Numbered from the stretch's first letter, positions 49,752 to 63,582 are shown. The stretch: DNA of 64,000 bases from Azolla caroliniana (GCA_043228905.1 JBHGNT010000016.1:9858001-9922000); one strand, 5' to 3'. Made by a program: numbers and translations. Notes: a model not told the origin generated them from the letters alone.

Positions 49752-50131
49752 TGTAATAACCTAAAATAAAGATATAAATGACACAATCATACTGAAAATA
49801 CGCATTACCACCCATCCGCCCCCGTGCCAGAGTCGATAGCGCAGACGAGGAATCCCGATCTGTCCCATACCAGCCAGGATCTCCACGTCAAGACCTTGGT
49901 AGATGACTAGTCCACATCAAAGAGAGCTTCTTTTGAACTACTCATGGGGCCTCCCCCTTAACTAAGGAGAGTCTCCCTTTATAGGACCTAGGCCATGTAA
50001 TGACATCTACCTGACCAATCATGTGCGGGGTACCCTATGACACACATTAGGTCAGACCAATAAAGCCGACGACTCAGATATTACAGTATGATAGGCCCTA
50101 TATAAGCACGTCTAAAACAATGAACATTACA
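49752..50131 (-). repeat. 3' LTR of J
   Basis: TGTAAT..ATTACA ends and match to 61087-61483. Confidence 0.93.
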
Positions 50132-50147
50132 TACTCCCCCCCTCCGT

Positions 50148-52863
50148 TTAATTGCACTCTTGCAATGGGAAGTTAGGAAAATGTTTGCGTAATGTCTCTT
50201 CAGTTTCCCACGTGCTGTCTTCTTCCAATCTATCCTTCCATTTAACCTTATAGCAATGAACAACCTTTGACCTTAGGTTTCGAGACCTATGGTCGAGGAT
50301 TTTCTCAAGTTCATGTGGAGAAAAATGATCATCCTCCAATGTCGATAAATTAGACGGTGTTACAACATTACCATCATAACCAATCGCCTCCTTTAATTGA
50401 CTCACGTGGAATACGGGATGAACCATAACATTGGAAGGCAAATCCAAACGATAAGCATTGGGACCTATATGTTTTAAAACTTTATATGGTCCACAATACC
50501 GTGGGGCTAATTTTGCACATGGTCCTGTTCTCAATGTTTCTGAGTCCTTAGGAACCCGTAGAAAAACTTGTTGTCCTACGTGAAATTCCCTTGGTTTTTT
50601 ATCATGATTCGCATAAAAGACATTTCTGTCTCGTGCCATCTTAAGGTTTTCTTCTACCAATTTACGTGCTTCAAGCATATCAGAGAGAAAATCCTTTGTA
50701 GTATCCAGAGTATGCGAATCAAATGAAACATCAATAGGAGGACGTGGCGTATAACCATACATCAACATGAACAGGCTGTATTTTGTTGATGTATGCTTAG
50801 CGCTGTTGTAGGCAAATTCCACCATAGGAAGGTAAGTCTCCCATAATGAGGGTTTTTGCGCTACATATGCTCTCAACATATTCTCTAATATCTGATTCAC
50901 TCTCTCAATCTGCCCATCTGACTGAGGATGATCAGAAGAACTGAGACTCAAAGTTGTTTGCAATTTTTGCATAACTTCTGAACAAAATGTACTTGTAAAC
51001 TTGGAGTCTCGATCACTTACAATCTCCATCGGTAGACCATATAAGCTATAAAGATGTTTAATAAACTTAATAGCCAATTTCTTTGCAGTAATTGTGGATT
51101 TCGTTGGAATGAATCTTGCCATCTTGGTAAGCCGATCAACAACCACCCAAATGGCATTATTTCCCTCCATGGAAGGGTTTAGGGTTGCAATAAGCCAGCT
51201 ATGAAATCCATGGATATACTTTGCCAGTTTTCAGCTGGAATATCGAGAGGTTGCAATAAGCCAGCTTTTTTTTGTCACTCGGCCTTAATGACCTGACAAT
51301 GTGGACAATGAATAACATAGGACTCTACCTCAGGTTTCATTTTTGGCCAAAAAAACCTAGCTTTAATCAAAGCTAATGTTCTTTGCACACTTGGATGTCC
51401 AGCAAAAGGGGCATCATGCCATTCGTATAGAATTTTATTCTTGATTTCCTTTACATGTGGTATGCAAACCTTACTATTGCGGTACAATAACCCATTCGCA
51501 ACATAGTAAAGGTTCTTCGTGGTAGATGTGGTTCCATAATCGACATCAATACCTGTTTCAGCTCTCTTCTAGAACTTCGAAAATGTTCTGTCATCAAGGT
51601 ATTTTTGTTTGCCCCGGATCAAATCAAATAAGTTGTTGTTAAATTCCACGAAACTTAGGGCATTAATTTCTGGAATACAACTCAGGGCATCTGCAACGGA
51701 ATTCAAAGCCCCTTTTCGATATCTAATTTCGAAATCAAAGTCTTGCATCAACTCCGCCCATCTTGCCTTTCGACCCTCAAAATTCTTTTGAGAGAGGAAG
51801 TATTGCAAGGATTTGTGATCCATTAAAACAGTAAATTTACTACCATACAAATAATGTCGCCATTTCTTTAAGGCGTAAATGATAGCAAATAATTCTTTTT
51901 CTTGAACCGAGTAATTTCTTTGGGCCAAATCCAATTTTTTACTTTCAAAAGCAATCGCTCTCCCAATTTGAAATAATGCAGCCCCAATAGCATAATCACT
52001 TGCATCCATCTCAACTTCAAATGTTTGATTAGGATCAAGTATAGCTAAAGTAGGTGCATTCACAATTAACGACTTCAACTTATTGAAGGTTTCTTCAAGA
52101 GAGGCATTCCACTCAATAGGTTTAGTGGACTTTCTTGTAATACCCTTCAACAGGTCCGTAAATGGTGCAGTGTAGGATGAATAGTTTTGAAGAGATCTTC
52201 TTAGGAATCCAACAAATCCTAAGAAAGATCGTAGCTCCTTAACATTTGAAGGTCGTGGCCAAATTAATACCACTTCTACCTTAGATTTATCTATAGACAC
52301 ACCCGACCTAGATATGTGGTGTCCAAGATACGTGATTTCCTTTTGAAAGAAATCACATTTAGATAGTTTGGCAAATAGCTTGTATTCACGAAGCTTGTCC
52401 AAAACTATTCGGACATGACGCACATGATCGTCAAATGTATTACTATATACCATGATGTCATCAAGGAATCCGACCACGAAATCACCAAGCTAATCTCTGA
52501 ATATATCATTCATCAATTGTTGGAATGTGGCTGCAACATCCGAACCCAAAACTCATAATGACCATAACGGGTTCAAAAAGCTATTTTGGAAACATCTTCT
52601 TCCGAAACCCTAACCTGATGATACCCAGTGCGCAAGTCTATCTTAGTAAAATATCATGCACTTTGGAGTCTATCTATCAGGTCATCAGAACGAGGCAAAG
52701 GGTAGGAATTGCGAATGGTGAGTTTATTCAAACCTTTGTAATTCACACACATTCGCCAAGTTCCATCATTCTTCTTGGCTAAGATGACAGGAGCTCCCCA
52801 TGGCGATTTACTGTACCGGATGTGTCCCATCCTCAAGTACTCCTTGATTTGTCGGGCAATTTC
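50148..52863 (-). pseudogene. pol: J pol: RT, RH, INT and chromodomain
   Basis: FLDDIM, EMDASDY, SDRDSKF, YCGPY, HPVFHVSQLK, EKILDHR..YKVKWK..STWE. Confidence 0.94.
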
Positions 52864-53660
52864 TGTTGGGAGATAGGTCCCTCCGGATGGGAAGGGAGAA
52901 GAACAATGCCGATGAACAAAGGCCGAGGCCGAAATCGAACCAGGAGTACTACGGAGGACCAGATGGTGCAGACCCGGTGAGAACCGGATGACGAGTACTC
53001 GGCTACAGAGAGCCGAATGGTACAGACCCGATGAGAACCGGATGAGGAGTACCCGGCTATGGAGAGCCGGATGGTGTAGACCCGGTGAGAACTAGATGAG
53101 GAGTACCCGGCTACGGAGAGTCGGATGGTGTAGACCCGGTGAGAACCGGATGAGGAGTACCCGGCTACGGAGAGCCAGATGTTGCAAACCTGGTGAGAAT
53201 TGGATGAAGAGACATATTCGTAAATATGTTTCTGAGAGTCCATCGTGGCTATATTTGTAAATAGCCGAAAAGTCATATTGGTATAAATATGACTTATGGC
53301 AAACTTATAGTTACTGTTGTTGTCATTTCTTGTTGGTGCAAGGAAAGAGAGAGCGCGTAACTATGTACAGAGAGAGAGAGAGAGAAAGAGGTCGTTGCCT
53401 CTATTGTAACCGCCGCCTGTGGCGAAGATCGTGAGCACGAGGTCGTTGCCTCCGTGAACTCACTGTTGTACATTCTAGCATAGTGATAGTTTGCAGCCTG
53501 TGGATTGCCGTGGTTTTTTCCCTAGTTTGGGGTTTCCACGTAAACATCCTGTGTACTCTTCTCTTGTTTGTGTCGTGTTTTCCGTTTCCTATTTTCTGTG
53601 TATGATTCTAGGCTCGGTTGTGGCCGAGCGTTGTGCATAAGGAGCGTGCAGTTCCCGTCC
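52864..53660 (+). repeat. 5' LTR of K with 54-bp tandem units
   Basis: Unit starts at 52979, 53033, 53087, 53141 and 53195. Confidence 0.93.
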
Positions 53661-53689
53661 AGTGGTATCAGAGTGAAACGACACAGAAA

Positions 53690-56600
53690 ATGGACGAATC
53701 GTTTGGCGCCATGTTCAAGCTCACCGGCTCCAACTATTCAGTGTGGAAGTCGAAGATGAGGGACATGCTCGTGGTTAAAGACCTCTGGCTACCGGTTCAG
53801 TTCGGGGACAAGAGACCGGACAAAATCGACGCCGCGATATGGGAGGTGATGCACATGAAGACAACGGCGTACATACGGTGCTTCATCGACATGAGCCTGT
53901 ACAACAACTTCAATGAGGACAGCAAGGTTCATGAGCTCTGGGAGAAGATCGGCATAATGTTTCAAAACAAAAATGATGTTAATCTGGTTTCGGTATTCCG
54001 AAACCTAGTAAGACTCCGGTACCAAGATGGCTCCAGCATGGCGGAGCACATGAATGCCTTCCAGGGGCTGATACACCAGGCAACATTTGGAAGTACCTCT
54101 CGCCGACGAGGTACTAGCGCTACTCCTGCTCTCGTCGACATTTCCGTAAAGACAAGGAAACCGACGGTACCGATTCGAAGTGGACCTCGGACCGGAATGA
54201 TAAAGACCGGAGGGGAACGGACCGGAAGGGAACGACAGCAATCGCGGCAAGTGAAGAAGAGTTGATGCTCATCACCGAGGAGTGTGAGATAAACCTTGCC
54301 GACGACGAGATGACCTGGGTGGTAGACTACGGAGCATCGTTCCACCTTACCCCGGATCGGAAATGCTTCTCATCCTACTCAGCCGGTGATCACGCCTGTG
54401 TCCCGATGGGGAATGAAGGTACATGCCAAATTGTTGACATAGGAGACATGTGGCTGACAACACCAACCGGATGCAAGTTGCTGTTGAAGGATGTCCGACA
54501 CGTTCCGGAGGTTCGTCTGAACCTGATATCAGCCGGTCGGCTAGATGATGAAGGCTACACGGGTAGCATCCGGAACGGTGTCATGAAGTTCAGCAAAGGG
54601 AGCCTGATTGTGGCTAGGGCCCAGAAGGTCAACACAGTGTACCTGATGAATGCCCAGTTATGTCCGGAAGAAGTGAACCTGGCATCCGACACTGCCGGTG
54701 AGCTGTGGCACAAGAGACTATGTCATATGAGCGAGAAGGGGATGAAGAGGCTTGCAGATGACAACCTCATTCCAGTGAAGAACGTGCACTTGGAGAAGTG
54801 CACTGATTGTCTGGTTGGTAAACAAAACCGGACCTCCTTCCGACCAAGGCCACCGATGAGACGTAATGCACCACTGGAGTTGGTGCATACGGATGTGTGT
54901 CAAGTAGACACGAAGTCACATGCCGGAGCGCAGTACTTCGTGACGTTCATAGATGACCACAGCTGGAAGCTGTGGGCCACACCATTGAAGACGAAGGATT
55001 AGGTGCTATCCGTCTTCAAAGAGCTCCACGCGAGAGTAGAAAGAGAAACCGGCCGGAAGCTAAAGGCGGTTCGAGCAGATAACGAAGGAGAATACCGGGG
55101 GCAGTTCGAGGAGTACTGCCGCTTGAAGGGAATCCGGCTCAAATTTACCATGCCGAAGACGCCGGAACTGAACGGGCTGGCTGAGAGGATGAACCGGACC
55201 ATAATGGAGAGGGTCCGGAGTATGCTAGCGCATGCAAAACTACCCAAGAAGTTTTGGGTTGAGGCACTGTCGACGGCGACATATGTGATAAATAGATCAC
55301 CCTCAATACCCTTGGACGGAGACAGGCCATAGAGAGTGTGGACCGGTAAGGAAGTATCCTACCGGCATCTGAAGGTGTTCGGGTGTCTCGCGTACGTGCA
55401 TGTAGCTAAGGACCGGAGAGGAAAGTTAGATCCAAAGACCCGACCATGCATATTCCTCGATTACGGTGACGATGAGTTCGGCTACCGAGTGTGGGACCCG
55501 GTCGACAAGAAGGTATTCTGGAGTCGAGATATTATCTTCATGGAGGACAAGACGCTCGCCGATTGGGAGTCGGAGAAGAAGATAATGAACTCCGAGTCGA
55601 CCGGTAAGGATCGACTCTACGATAAGCAGACCCAACCGGCAAGAGACCGGTTAGCACTCGAGGGACCAACCGGTTACGGTGAGGATACCGAACAGACTGA
55701 AGAAGAAGTAGAGGAAGCTGAAACCGGAACCGGCCAAGACCCCGAATCAGATTCGGATGAAGAGCAAATGGAGGAGCCGGCTACCGAAGCCCAAAGACGG
55801 AGATATCCTCTCAGAGAGAGAAGGGCCCCCCGGAGATTTCCGGATGCAGAGCATGTGCTGCTAACCGATGAGGGGGAGCTAGAAAGCTTCGAAGAAGCAA
55901 AGGATGACACCCACAACCTAAAATGGTTAAGTGCCATGCAGGACGAGATGGATTCCTTGCATGAGAACCATACGTACGAATTGGTGGAGTTGCCGAAAGG
56001 AAAGCGGGCACTCCGAAACAAGTGGGTGTACAAGTTGAAACCCGGAGATGCCGGCAAACCCACGAGATACAAAGCCAGGATCGTGGTGAAGGGGTTCCAG
56101 CAGAAGAAGGGCGTGGACTTCGACGAGATATTTGCCCCGGTAGTAAAGATGACCTCCATCCGGACGGTGCTGAGTATAGCGGCAAGCATGGACCTCGAGG
56201 TAGAACAGCTGGACGTGAAGACGGCATTCCTTCACGGCGACCTCGAAGAGGAGATCTACATGCAGCAACCGGAGGGATTCGTGGAGAAAGGGAAGGACCA
56301 CCTGGTATGCCGGTTGAAGAAGAGCCTCTACGGGTTGAAGCAGGCCCCCCAGCAATGGTACCGGAAGTTCGATTCCTTCATGACCGATCAAGGGTACCAC
56401 AAGACGTAGGCCGATCACTGAGTGTTTGTGAAGAAGTTCGAAGGAGGCGACTTCCTGATACTCCTTCTGTACGTGGACGACATGTTGATCGCCGGACGGG
56501 ACCAAGTCAAAATACGGATGCTGAAGAAGGCTCTCAACCGGACCTTTTCAATGAAAGACTTGGGTCCGGCAAGACAGATGCTGGGGATGCATATCAACCG

Positions 56601-57440
56601 GTCAGCGAAGCAATTATGGTTGTCATGGAGAAGTACGTGACAAAGGTGCTTCACCGGTTCAACATGTCAGATGCGAAACCGGTCGGATCGACACTTCCGG
56701 CAAACTGTAGGCTATCCGGTAAGCAAAGCCCGAAGACGAAAGCAGAGAAGGCGGATATGATGAAGATTCCATATGCCTCTGCCGTCGGGAGCTTAATGTA
56801 CGCAATGGTTTGTACCCGACCGGATATAGGATACGCAGTCCGAGTGGTGAGCCGGTTCATGAGCAATCCCGGCAAGGAGCACTAGAACGCGGTCAAATGG
56901 ATACTCCGGTATTTGAAGGGCACTCCAAATATGTGTCTCCGATTCGGCTCCGAAAAACCTCAACTGGACAGCTTCACCGATTCGGACATGTCGGCTGATG
57001 TGGATACCAGCCGGTCTACATCCGGGTATGTAATGACATATGCAGGGGGAGCTGTTTCGTGGCAGTCGAAGCTGCAGAAGACGGTTGCATTGTCAACCAC
57101 GGAGGCGGAGTACATGGCAATTGTGGAAGCCGGCAAGGAAATATTATGGATGAAGGACTTCATCGGAGAGCTCGGTATCCGGCAAGAGGAATACTGGCTC
57201 TATTGCGACAGTCAAAGTGCCATCCACCTTGCAAAGAATGCGGCCTACCATTCCCGGATGAAGCATATCCAGCGAAGATATCACTGGATTCGGGAAAGAG
57301 TAGATGACCAAGAGTTCGCGTTGATGAAGATCCACACGGCCGAGAACGGGTTAGATATGCTGACCAAAGTGCTGATACCCGACAAGCTGGACGCATGCCG
57401 GAAGAGAATCGAACTGGTAAGACACCCCATGCCGGAGTGA
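53690..57440 (+). pseudogene. gag-pol: K gag-pol with an about 300-bp deletion in gag (including the Zn knuckle), stops and frameshifts
   Basis: Highly similar to the H polyprotein, with a jump at about 54131 relative to H. Confidence 0.94.
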
Positions 57441-57450
57441 AGGGGGAGTT

Positions 57451-58198
57451 TATTGGGAGACAGGTCCCTCCGGATGGGAATGGAGAAGAACAATGCCGAT
57501 GAACAAAGGCCGAGGCCGAAATCGGACCAGAAGTACCCGGCTACGGAGGACCGGATGGTACAAACCCGGTGAGAACCGGATGAGGAGTACCCGGCTAAGG
57601 AGAGCCGGATGGTGCAGACCCGGTGAGAACCGGATGAGGAGTACCCGGCTACAGAGAGCCGGATGGTGCAGACCCAGTGAGAACCAGATGAGGAGTACCC
57701 GGCTACGGAGAGCCGGATGTTGCAGACCCGGTGAGAACCGGATGAAGAGACATATTCGTAAATATGTTTTTGAGAGTCCATCGTGGCTATGTTTGTAAAT
57801 AGCCGAAAAGTCATATTGGTATAAATATGACTTAGGGCAAACTTATAGTTACTGTTGTTGTCATTTCTTGTTGGTGCAAGAAAAGAGAGAGCGTCTAACT
57901 GTGTACAGAGAGAGAGAGAGAGAAAGAGGTCGTTGCCTCTGTTGTAACCGCCGCCTGTGGCGAAGATCGTGAGCACGAGGTCGTTGCCTCCGTGAAGTCA
58001 CTATTGTACATTCTAGCATAGTGATAGTTTGCAGCCTGTGGGCTGCCGTGGTTTTTTCCCTAGTTTGGGTTTTCCACGTAAACATCCTGTGTACTTTTCT
58101 CTTGTTTGTGTCATGTTTTCCGTTTCCTGTTTTCTGAGTATGATTCTAAGCTCGGTTGTGGCCGAGTGTTGTGCATAAGGAGCGTGCAGTTCCCGTCA
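57451..58198 (+). repeat. 3' LTR of K with 54-bp tandem units
   Basis: Unit starts at 57571, 57625, 57679 and 57733. Initial TG has mutated to TA. Confidence 0.93.
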
Positions 58199-59657
58199 AT
58201 TTCATCCTCTTCGGTTCGACTCAACCGATATGGGGGTATGCTCATAGGTTTAGCGCTTGGAACCAAGTTTATCTTATGATCTATAGACCGAGAAGGAGGT
58301 AGTCCTTGAGGTAATTTATCTGGGAATATCTCCTTAAAATTCGACAAGATGTCACGTAGAGCATCTTTCTCAAAATCATCCAATGAACTCTTATCTATAA
58401 ATTGATACAGAGGATCATTGGGCTCTAATACACATGCATAAAATTGTGCATCAACGTTTCGATCATAAGCATAAAGATGATTAACAGACATTAAATTGTT
58501 TATCGCAATCCCATGAATAAAAACTTGTTGGTTGTTATTTCCTTCAAAAGAAATAGTATGATTCAATCAATCGATATAAAGACTATGTCTATTATAAAAC
58601 CATATGTAACCAAGAACTACATCTACCGTCACAAACGCATTACATAAAAAGTCAACTTTTCAATGTAGTTATTTATTACTAGGGGTACACCATGTGCAAT
58701 TAATGAATGCCTTTGAACATGGCCTCCCGCAGTAAGGAGTTTGTAGTCGTGGTCATTTTTGGTTGTTTTTATTCATAACATCTGCACCATATTAGAGTCA
58801 AGAAAATTATGAGTGCTACCACAGTCAAATAGTATAGTTACACTATGATTGTGGATAGTCCCATAAGTTTTAAGTAAATCGTGTGGTCCAAGAATATTTT
58901 TTTGTAATGCAATAGAACTAACGGAATTCAAATAATTCAAGAACATACTTGGATTATTTGAAGTTGATGGCTTTCTTTGCGGATTGTTGGAGTTACCACT
59001 CTCCTTTCTCCGCCTACACTCGTTGGCTTTATGCCCAGGCTTCTTACAAAAGTTGTAGATTATTACCCGCCTTTTCGTATTGTCGCCTTGACCTATCAGA
59101 GAAGGTTGGTATCTACGTTTACCGCTTTCTCCTTCCGACTCTTTTGGTTGGTAATGAGCTTTTGTGTCAAACAAAATGCAGGCACGTTCCATCGCTTCTC
59201 CCAAGGTCTTGGGTTGATGAGCGTGGATCTCATAATGAAAATCTAACTCGTGGTTGCGTTGCTTATCCTTTCCCGAGAACTATTGAGGAGTAAATGAAGG
59301 CTTCTTCGCATTGCTTGATGTGGAAGCGTGTGCCTTTAGCTCCAAAATTTGTTGTTGAAAGTTTTCAAACTGATGCCTATTGGCATCAAGAAGCCCTTCA
59401 AGTTTGGAGGAGAACGCAATTATGAGCATTGTCATTGACTTAACAATATCATCTTGCGTTTTACGAAAATCATCCCTCGTGACAAATTCGATATCGTCGT
59501 TAATATCTTCGTCACGGACCGGAGATATTGGTCGGTTGTCCTCATCTCGCATAGGAGAAATTGGACGACCTTGACGGCTGGGAGATGTGGAATGTGTCGA
59601 AAAAATACGATGGTTGGGAGATGTGTGATGTGAGGAATTACGAGAGTAGGAAACCAT
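58199..59657 (-). pseudogene. gag: J gag-protease-RT N-terminus, degraded
   Basis: FCKKPGHKANEC, LFDCGSTHNF, LPPSRSIDHKINL, PPYRLS. Confidence 0.88.
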
Positions 59658-61086
59658 GAAAAATAAGGAGAGTTTAGAGAGGAAGGAAATAAGTATACTA
59701 AAGTCTAAAGTACTAAAGTAGTATAAGACTTTAGAATTTGGATGCGGGAGTGAAATATGATATATTATCATGAGAGATAATACTTATATACCTTTTTACA
59801 TTCAAGTCGGTGAGGATAAAAGACCCCCCCCCCCCCCCCCCCCTATGATATATCCCATTTAGGAAATTATCCCCTTTTTATCTATTTTGATTCCTAGATT
59901 AGACATTAGGAAATAAGACCCCCCTTTTTAGGAAGTCGGTGATGTGTAGTTGGTCACCACCTTTCTCAAGATAATCCCTCAAATTCTTCCAAACTAGGAA
60001 ATTCTCCTTTTTTAGTTAAAGAAAATTCCTAGTTTAGGTTTTAGGAATAAGCATCCCCCCTTTTTGGAAGTCAGTGGGAATAGCTTGTGATTTCCACGAG
60101 AATCACTGCTAACAAAAAGGAGTGATGATCAAAACATCCCTTCAATCATCATCCCCCTATTCTTCCCATCCATCTCACAGTCATGCTTCCCTCTCAAAGA
60201 AGTAATTTTTTCCCTTTATCTCTCTCCTTTACATCGATTAATAATTGATGATGATCTTATTCCTATAATCCTATAATCATCCTCATAATCAACCATATTT
60301 CACCCATATAATCCATCCATAAACGCTAATGATCTATTGTTTATCCATCCATCATTGCGTAATCAAAATGCACCCGTGGTAATGGATGATTATGGCCATT
60401 CTAATAAACCTTAAGGTCGATGATCAATTGATTATCGCCAATCAACGATCATCACCCTAGTTCTATCGGCCAATTTTAATTAAATTGATTATGAATGATC
60501 ATTATCCATATATATGATGATCATCAATTATTTCCTCGAAAATTCGACGATCAAGCATCACCTAATATACGATTTCCATACATAAGGTTGCCTCATGGGC
60601 ATAGCCATTAGATCAAGAGGGGTATATGAAAAATAAAATATAAATATGTTTATGGTGAATTTATTTGAATAATTATATATTAAATATCTAAACGTATTAA
60701 AACAAACATATAATAATAATAACAACACTTTTATAAAAGAAATTTAACCCCTTGATTTTATTTATTTATTTGTGCATCAATGGATCAAACTCATAGCCTT
60801 TACTTTTAAGGTTAGAACAAGAATATACTAACCAACCCATCACACAAATCTTGTTGTGATTAAGTAACCTTAATATATTTATTATACATAACCCCCTATA
60901 ATATACCGCACATCAACATATCACTCCCACACGGAATCTCCGTGACGTTTTCGACACTTCCCCAATCTATCATTTAACATACATTAGTACGTAAAAAAAT
61001 AAATACATATTTTCCCGTCCTAAAGCACATAACACGAATCCAATCAAATGTTTTTTTTTTAGGATTAAAACCACTCTAATACCATA

Positions 61087-61483
61087 TGTAATAACCAAGA
61101 TCATTAATCCTAAAATAAAGATATAAATGACACAATCATACTGAAAATACGCGTTACCACCCATCCGCCCCCTCGCCAGGGTTGACAGCGCAGACGAGGA
61201 ATCCTGATCTATCCCATACCAGCTAGGATCTCCACATCAGGACCTTGGTAGATGACTAGTCCACATCAAAGAGATCTTCGTCAGAACCACTCATGGGGCC
61301 TCCCCCTTAACTAAGGAGAGTCTCCACTATTTATAGGACCTAGGCCATGTAATGACATCTACCTGACCAATCATGTGCGGGGTACCCTATGACACACATT
61401 AGGTCAGTCCAATAAAGCCGAGGACTCAAATATTACAGTATGATAGCCCCCATATAAGCATTTCTAAAACAATGAACATTACA
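61087..61483 (-). repeat. 5' LTR of J
   Basis: Matches 49752-50131 with a 14-nt indel near one end. Confidence 0.93.
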
Positions 61484-61698
61484 GTAATGTTCCTTCCATC
61501 AAATTGACCCTCGAGCTCCACGACACGGTCGACAGCTTTCTCCACGCTCGCATCGTTGTCTCGAGATCTCATCATTTGTTTGAAGATTATCATCATCCTT
61601 TCGAGCTCTCCTGCTTGATTGCTTGAGGACACCATCTCCAAGTATTGGTCGATCCTCGACTTGATCCTTCCTACCACCTCCTTCACGTCGGGTTCACC
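61484..61698 (-). pseudogene. gag: I PBS (tRNA-Trp type, 61682-61698) and gag N-terminus
   Basis: GGTGAACCCGACGTGAA; MVSSSNQAGELE..VEKAVDRVVELEGQFDGRNIT, similar to the E gag start. Confidence 0.88.
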
Positions 61699-61707
61699 GC
61701 ATAATTA

Positions 61708-62817
61708 TGTCGTGAAGATCCGTCACTAGGTGCGGATCGTGAAGCGGAACCATCGGGGTCCTGGACCGGAAGGACTCGAAGTTTGCACTAGCTTTAGCGA
61801 GAAAGGATTTAAGTTAGATTGAAAGAGAGAGAGATTGAGATAAGATAGAACGCTTGATTTAGATTGAGAGAGAGATTAAGATTGAACTCTTGACTTTAGA
61901 TTTGAAGAACAAGATTGATACATCAATTGGATAGCGAATTTTCTTACTGTTAATTTCTTGATTAATACATCGCCCCTTTTTTCCTTTTCCATCCACTCTT
62001 TTATAGATGCCCCCATGCATATGATGCATGTGGGGTACAAGACATGCATAAAATGCATGATGCATGTTTGCCATTTGGCGATCATGCACTAAATGTGATG
62101 CATGATAACCATATTACTCATTTAAGCTCTTATATGAGAATTTTCAACTAAAACTATAATGATAAAAATATAACTTTAAGGAAATGACTTGGCTTAGTGG
62201 TAAGTATATTGCTTTTTATCTTGCAGGTGCAAGGTTCAAGTCTTGCTTACATCCCTTTCAAAGCACAAAATACTATTAGACTTTTGGACCAAATATCTTT
62301 AAAACACCATGCACTGTGATCAACTGACCCGACCGATCCGTCCGATTTGTGCATCCATTCGGTTTGCATCCCGAGGTCGCCGGATGCCAGTAACAGGGTT
62401 TGCTGACATCGGTCGGTTGCCGGTTGGATGCTGTCAGCGTGTCCGTCCGTCCGGTCGCCGGTTCCGGTTCTATTGGCGTCCAAAACCAATGAACTTAGCT
62501 ACATCCATTTGTCAAGTCATTCTATTTTCCACAAATAGCTTTTGCTCTGCCTTATACATGGTGAGATTCCTATTTGTCCTGTCTATGTGGGATATCTCAT
62601 AATATTTTATTTTTTTCTCTTTTTCTTTGCAAACTTTATACCCACATAACTTGACACTTAGATGTCCGTTTGTTATGTAGCAAAGTGCATTCAAAAGCTC
62701 TTCAAGACCTCCATCTTTTTGTACCACTATTATTGTTTTATATTTTGTGTGAAGAACCACACTCAATTTTAAACATTTCTCACAATTTTCACACAATTGG
62801 CGAAAATCTTCACAACA
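61708..62817 (-). repeat. 5' LTR of I (1110 bp)
   Basis: TG..CA ends and match to 40796-42307. Confidence 0.93.
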
Positions 62818-63100
62818 CCGTAATCTTGGTATTCATCCTGTTTTTCACATTAGTCGTCTAAAACCATTTTTAGGCTCTGGTGATAACACCATCACAATCC
62901 ATGATCTTGTAACATTAGAGGATTTTTCTTACAAACCTCATGTTCCTGAACGAATTCTTGATTCTCGTACTAAACGTTTACGTTCTAAAGAGATTCTGCT
63001 ATTAGATAAACCTATTGATGATGCCACATGGGAACACGAGCATATTCTTAAGGCACAATTTCCTCACTTTATATTGCAAGAGTGCAATCTTTTGAAGTAG
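62818..63100 (+). pseudogene. pol: G integrase C-terminus with degenerate chromodomain
   Basis: HPVFHISRLKP..PERILDSR..DATWE..FPHF..QECN, resembling the C-terminus of J. Confidence 0.88.
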
Positions 63101-63107
63101 GGGAGTA

Positions 63108-63582
63108 TGTTATGTACACATAACGTAGGTGAGGATAGGTCACTAATATTTACATAAGTGAAGGCTATGTTCACTAATATTAAAAAGGGGACAAATGTGA
63201 TTGGATAGAAGGAATAATAGTTGCATGCATTATCATGATTTGGACAACCAATGAATGGAGAGCCTTTTAGAAAGGCACATCTATTCAAGGGGCCTAGGAA
63301 AAGGTATAAATATGAGGCTTAGCTACCCTCATAAGCACATTATGTCGGAAGCTTGTTGTCTTAGACACGGGTGGTGCGGGCTAGGCTTTCGTCTCGACGA
63401 TCGTGTTTACCTCTTCCAAGGTATTAGTCATCCTAATATCCGGCGGTATGGGACGTCAGTGGTAGGTTGGCTATGTCTAGATCATAGCTCGAGGGTGGTC
63501 GGGTGGAACAGGTTCTTCTATCCAATCTATTTTCCTTCTTTTACTTTAATTTGGTCTATTGATTAGTAATAGACTCTTAACA
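63108..63582 (+). repeat. Probable 3' LTR of G
   Basis: Follows PPT GAAGTAGGGGAGTA, with TGTTA...TAACA ends. The partner LTR is absent, so the right end is inferred. Confidence 0.7.

Larger units (their letters stand above)
52864..58198 (+). mobile_element. Element K: Ty1/copia, sister subfamily of H, inserted in the RT of J
   Basis: TSD ATTTC (52859-52863 and 58199-58203), LTRs 52864-53660 and 57451-58198, PBS TGGTATCAGAGT at 53663-53674 and PPT at 57439-57450. Confidence 0.96.
49752..61483 (-). mobile_element. Element J: chromoviral Ty3/gypsy, degenerate, interrupted by K
   Basis: LTRs 49752-50131 and 61087-61483, TSD GTAAT (49747-49751 and 61484-61488), Met-like PBS TGGTATTAGAGT at 61073-61084 and PPT at 50132-50145. 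Confidence 0.94.
40796..62817 (-). mobile_element. Element I: Trp-PBS gypsy-family element hosting C2, a LINE, J and K; no pol left in the window
   Basis: LTR pair 40796-42307 and 61708-62817, terminal inverted TGTYGTGAAGAT, 4-bp TSD CCGT (40792-40795 and 62818-62821), PBS at 61682-61698 and gag homologous to E. Confidence 0.9.
31211..63582 (+). mobile_element. Element G: old chromoviral Ty3/gypsy, 5' end deleted, split by H and I
   Basis: Gag fragment 31211-31384, gag-pol 37411-40795, integrase end with chromodomain 62818-63100, then PPT and 3' LTR. LTLPR|NLGIHPVFHISRLK rejoins in frame across I. Confidence 0.88.
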
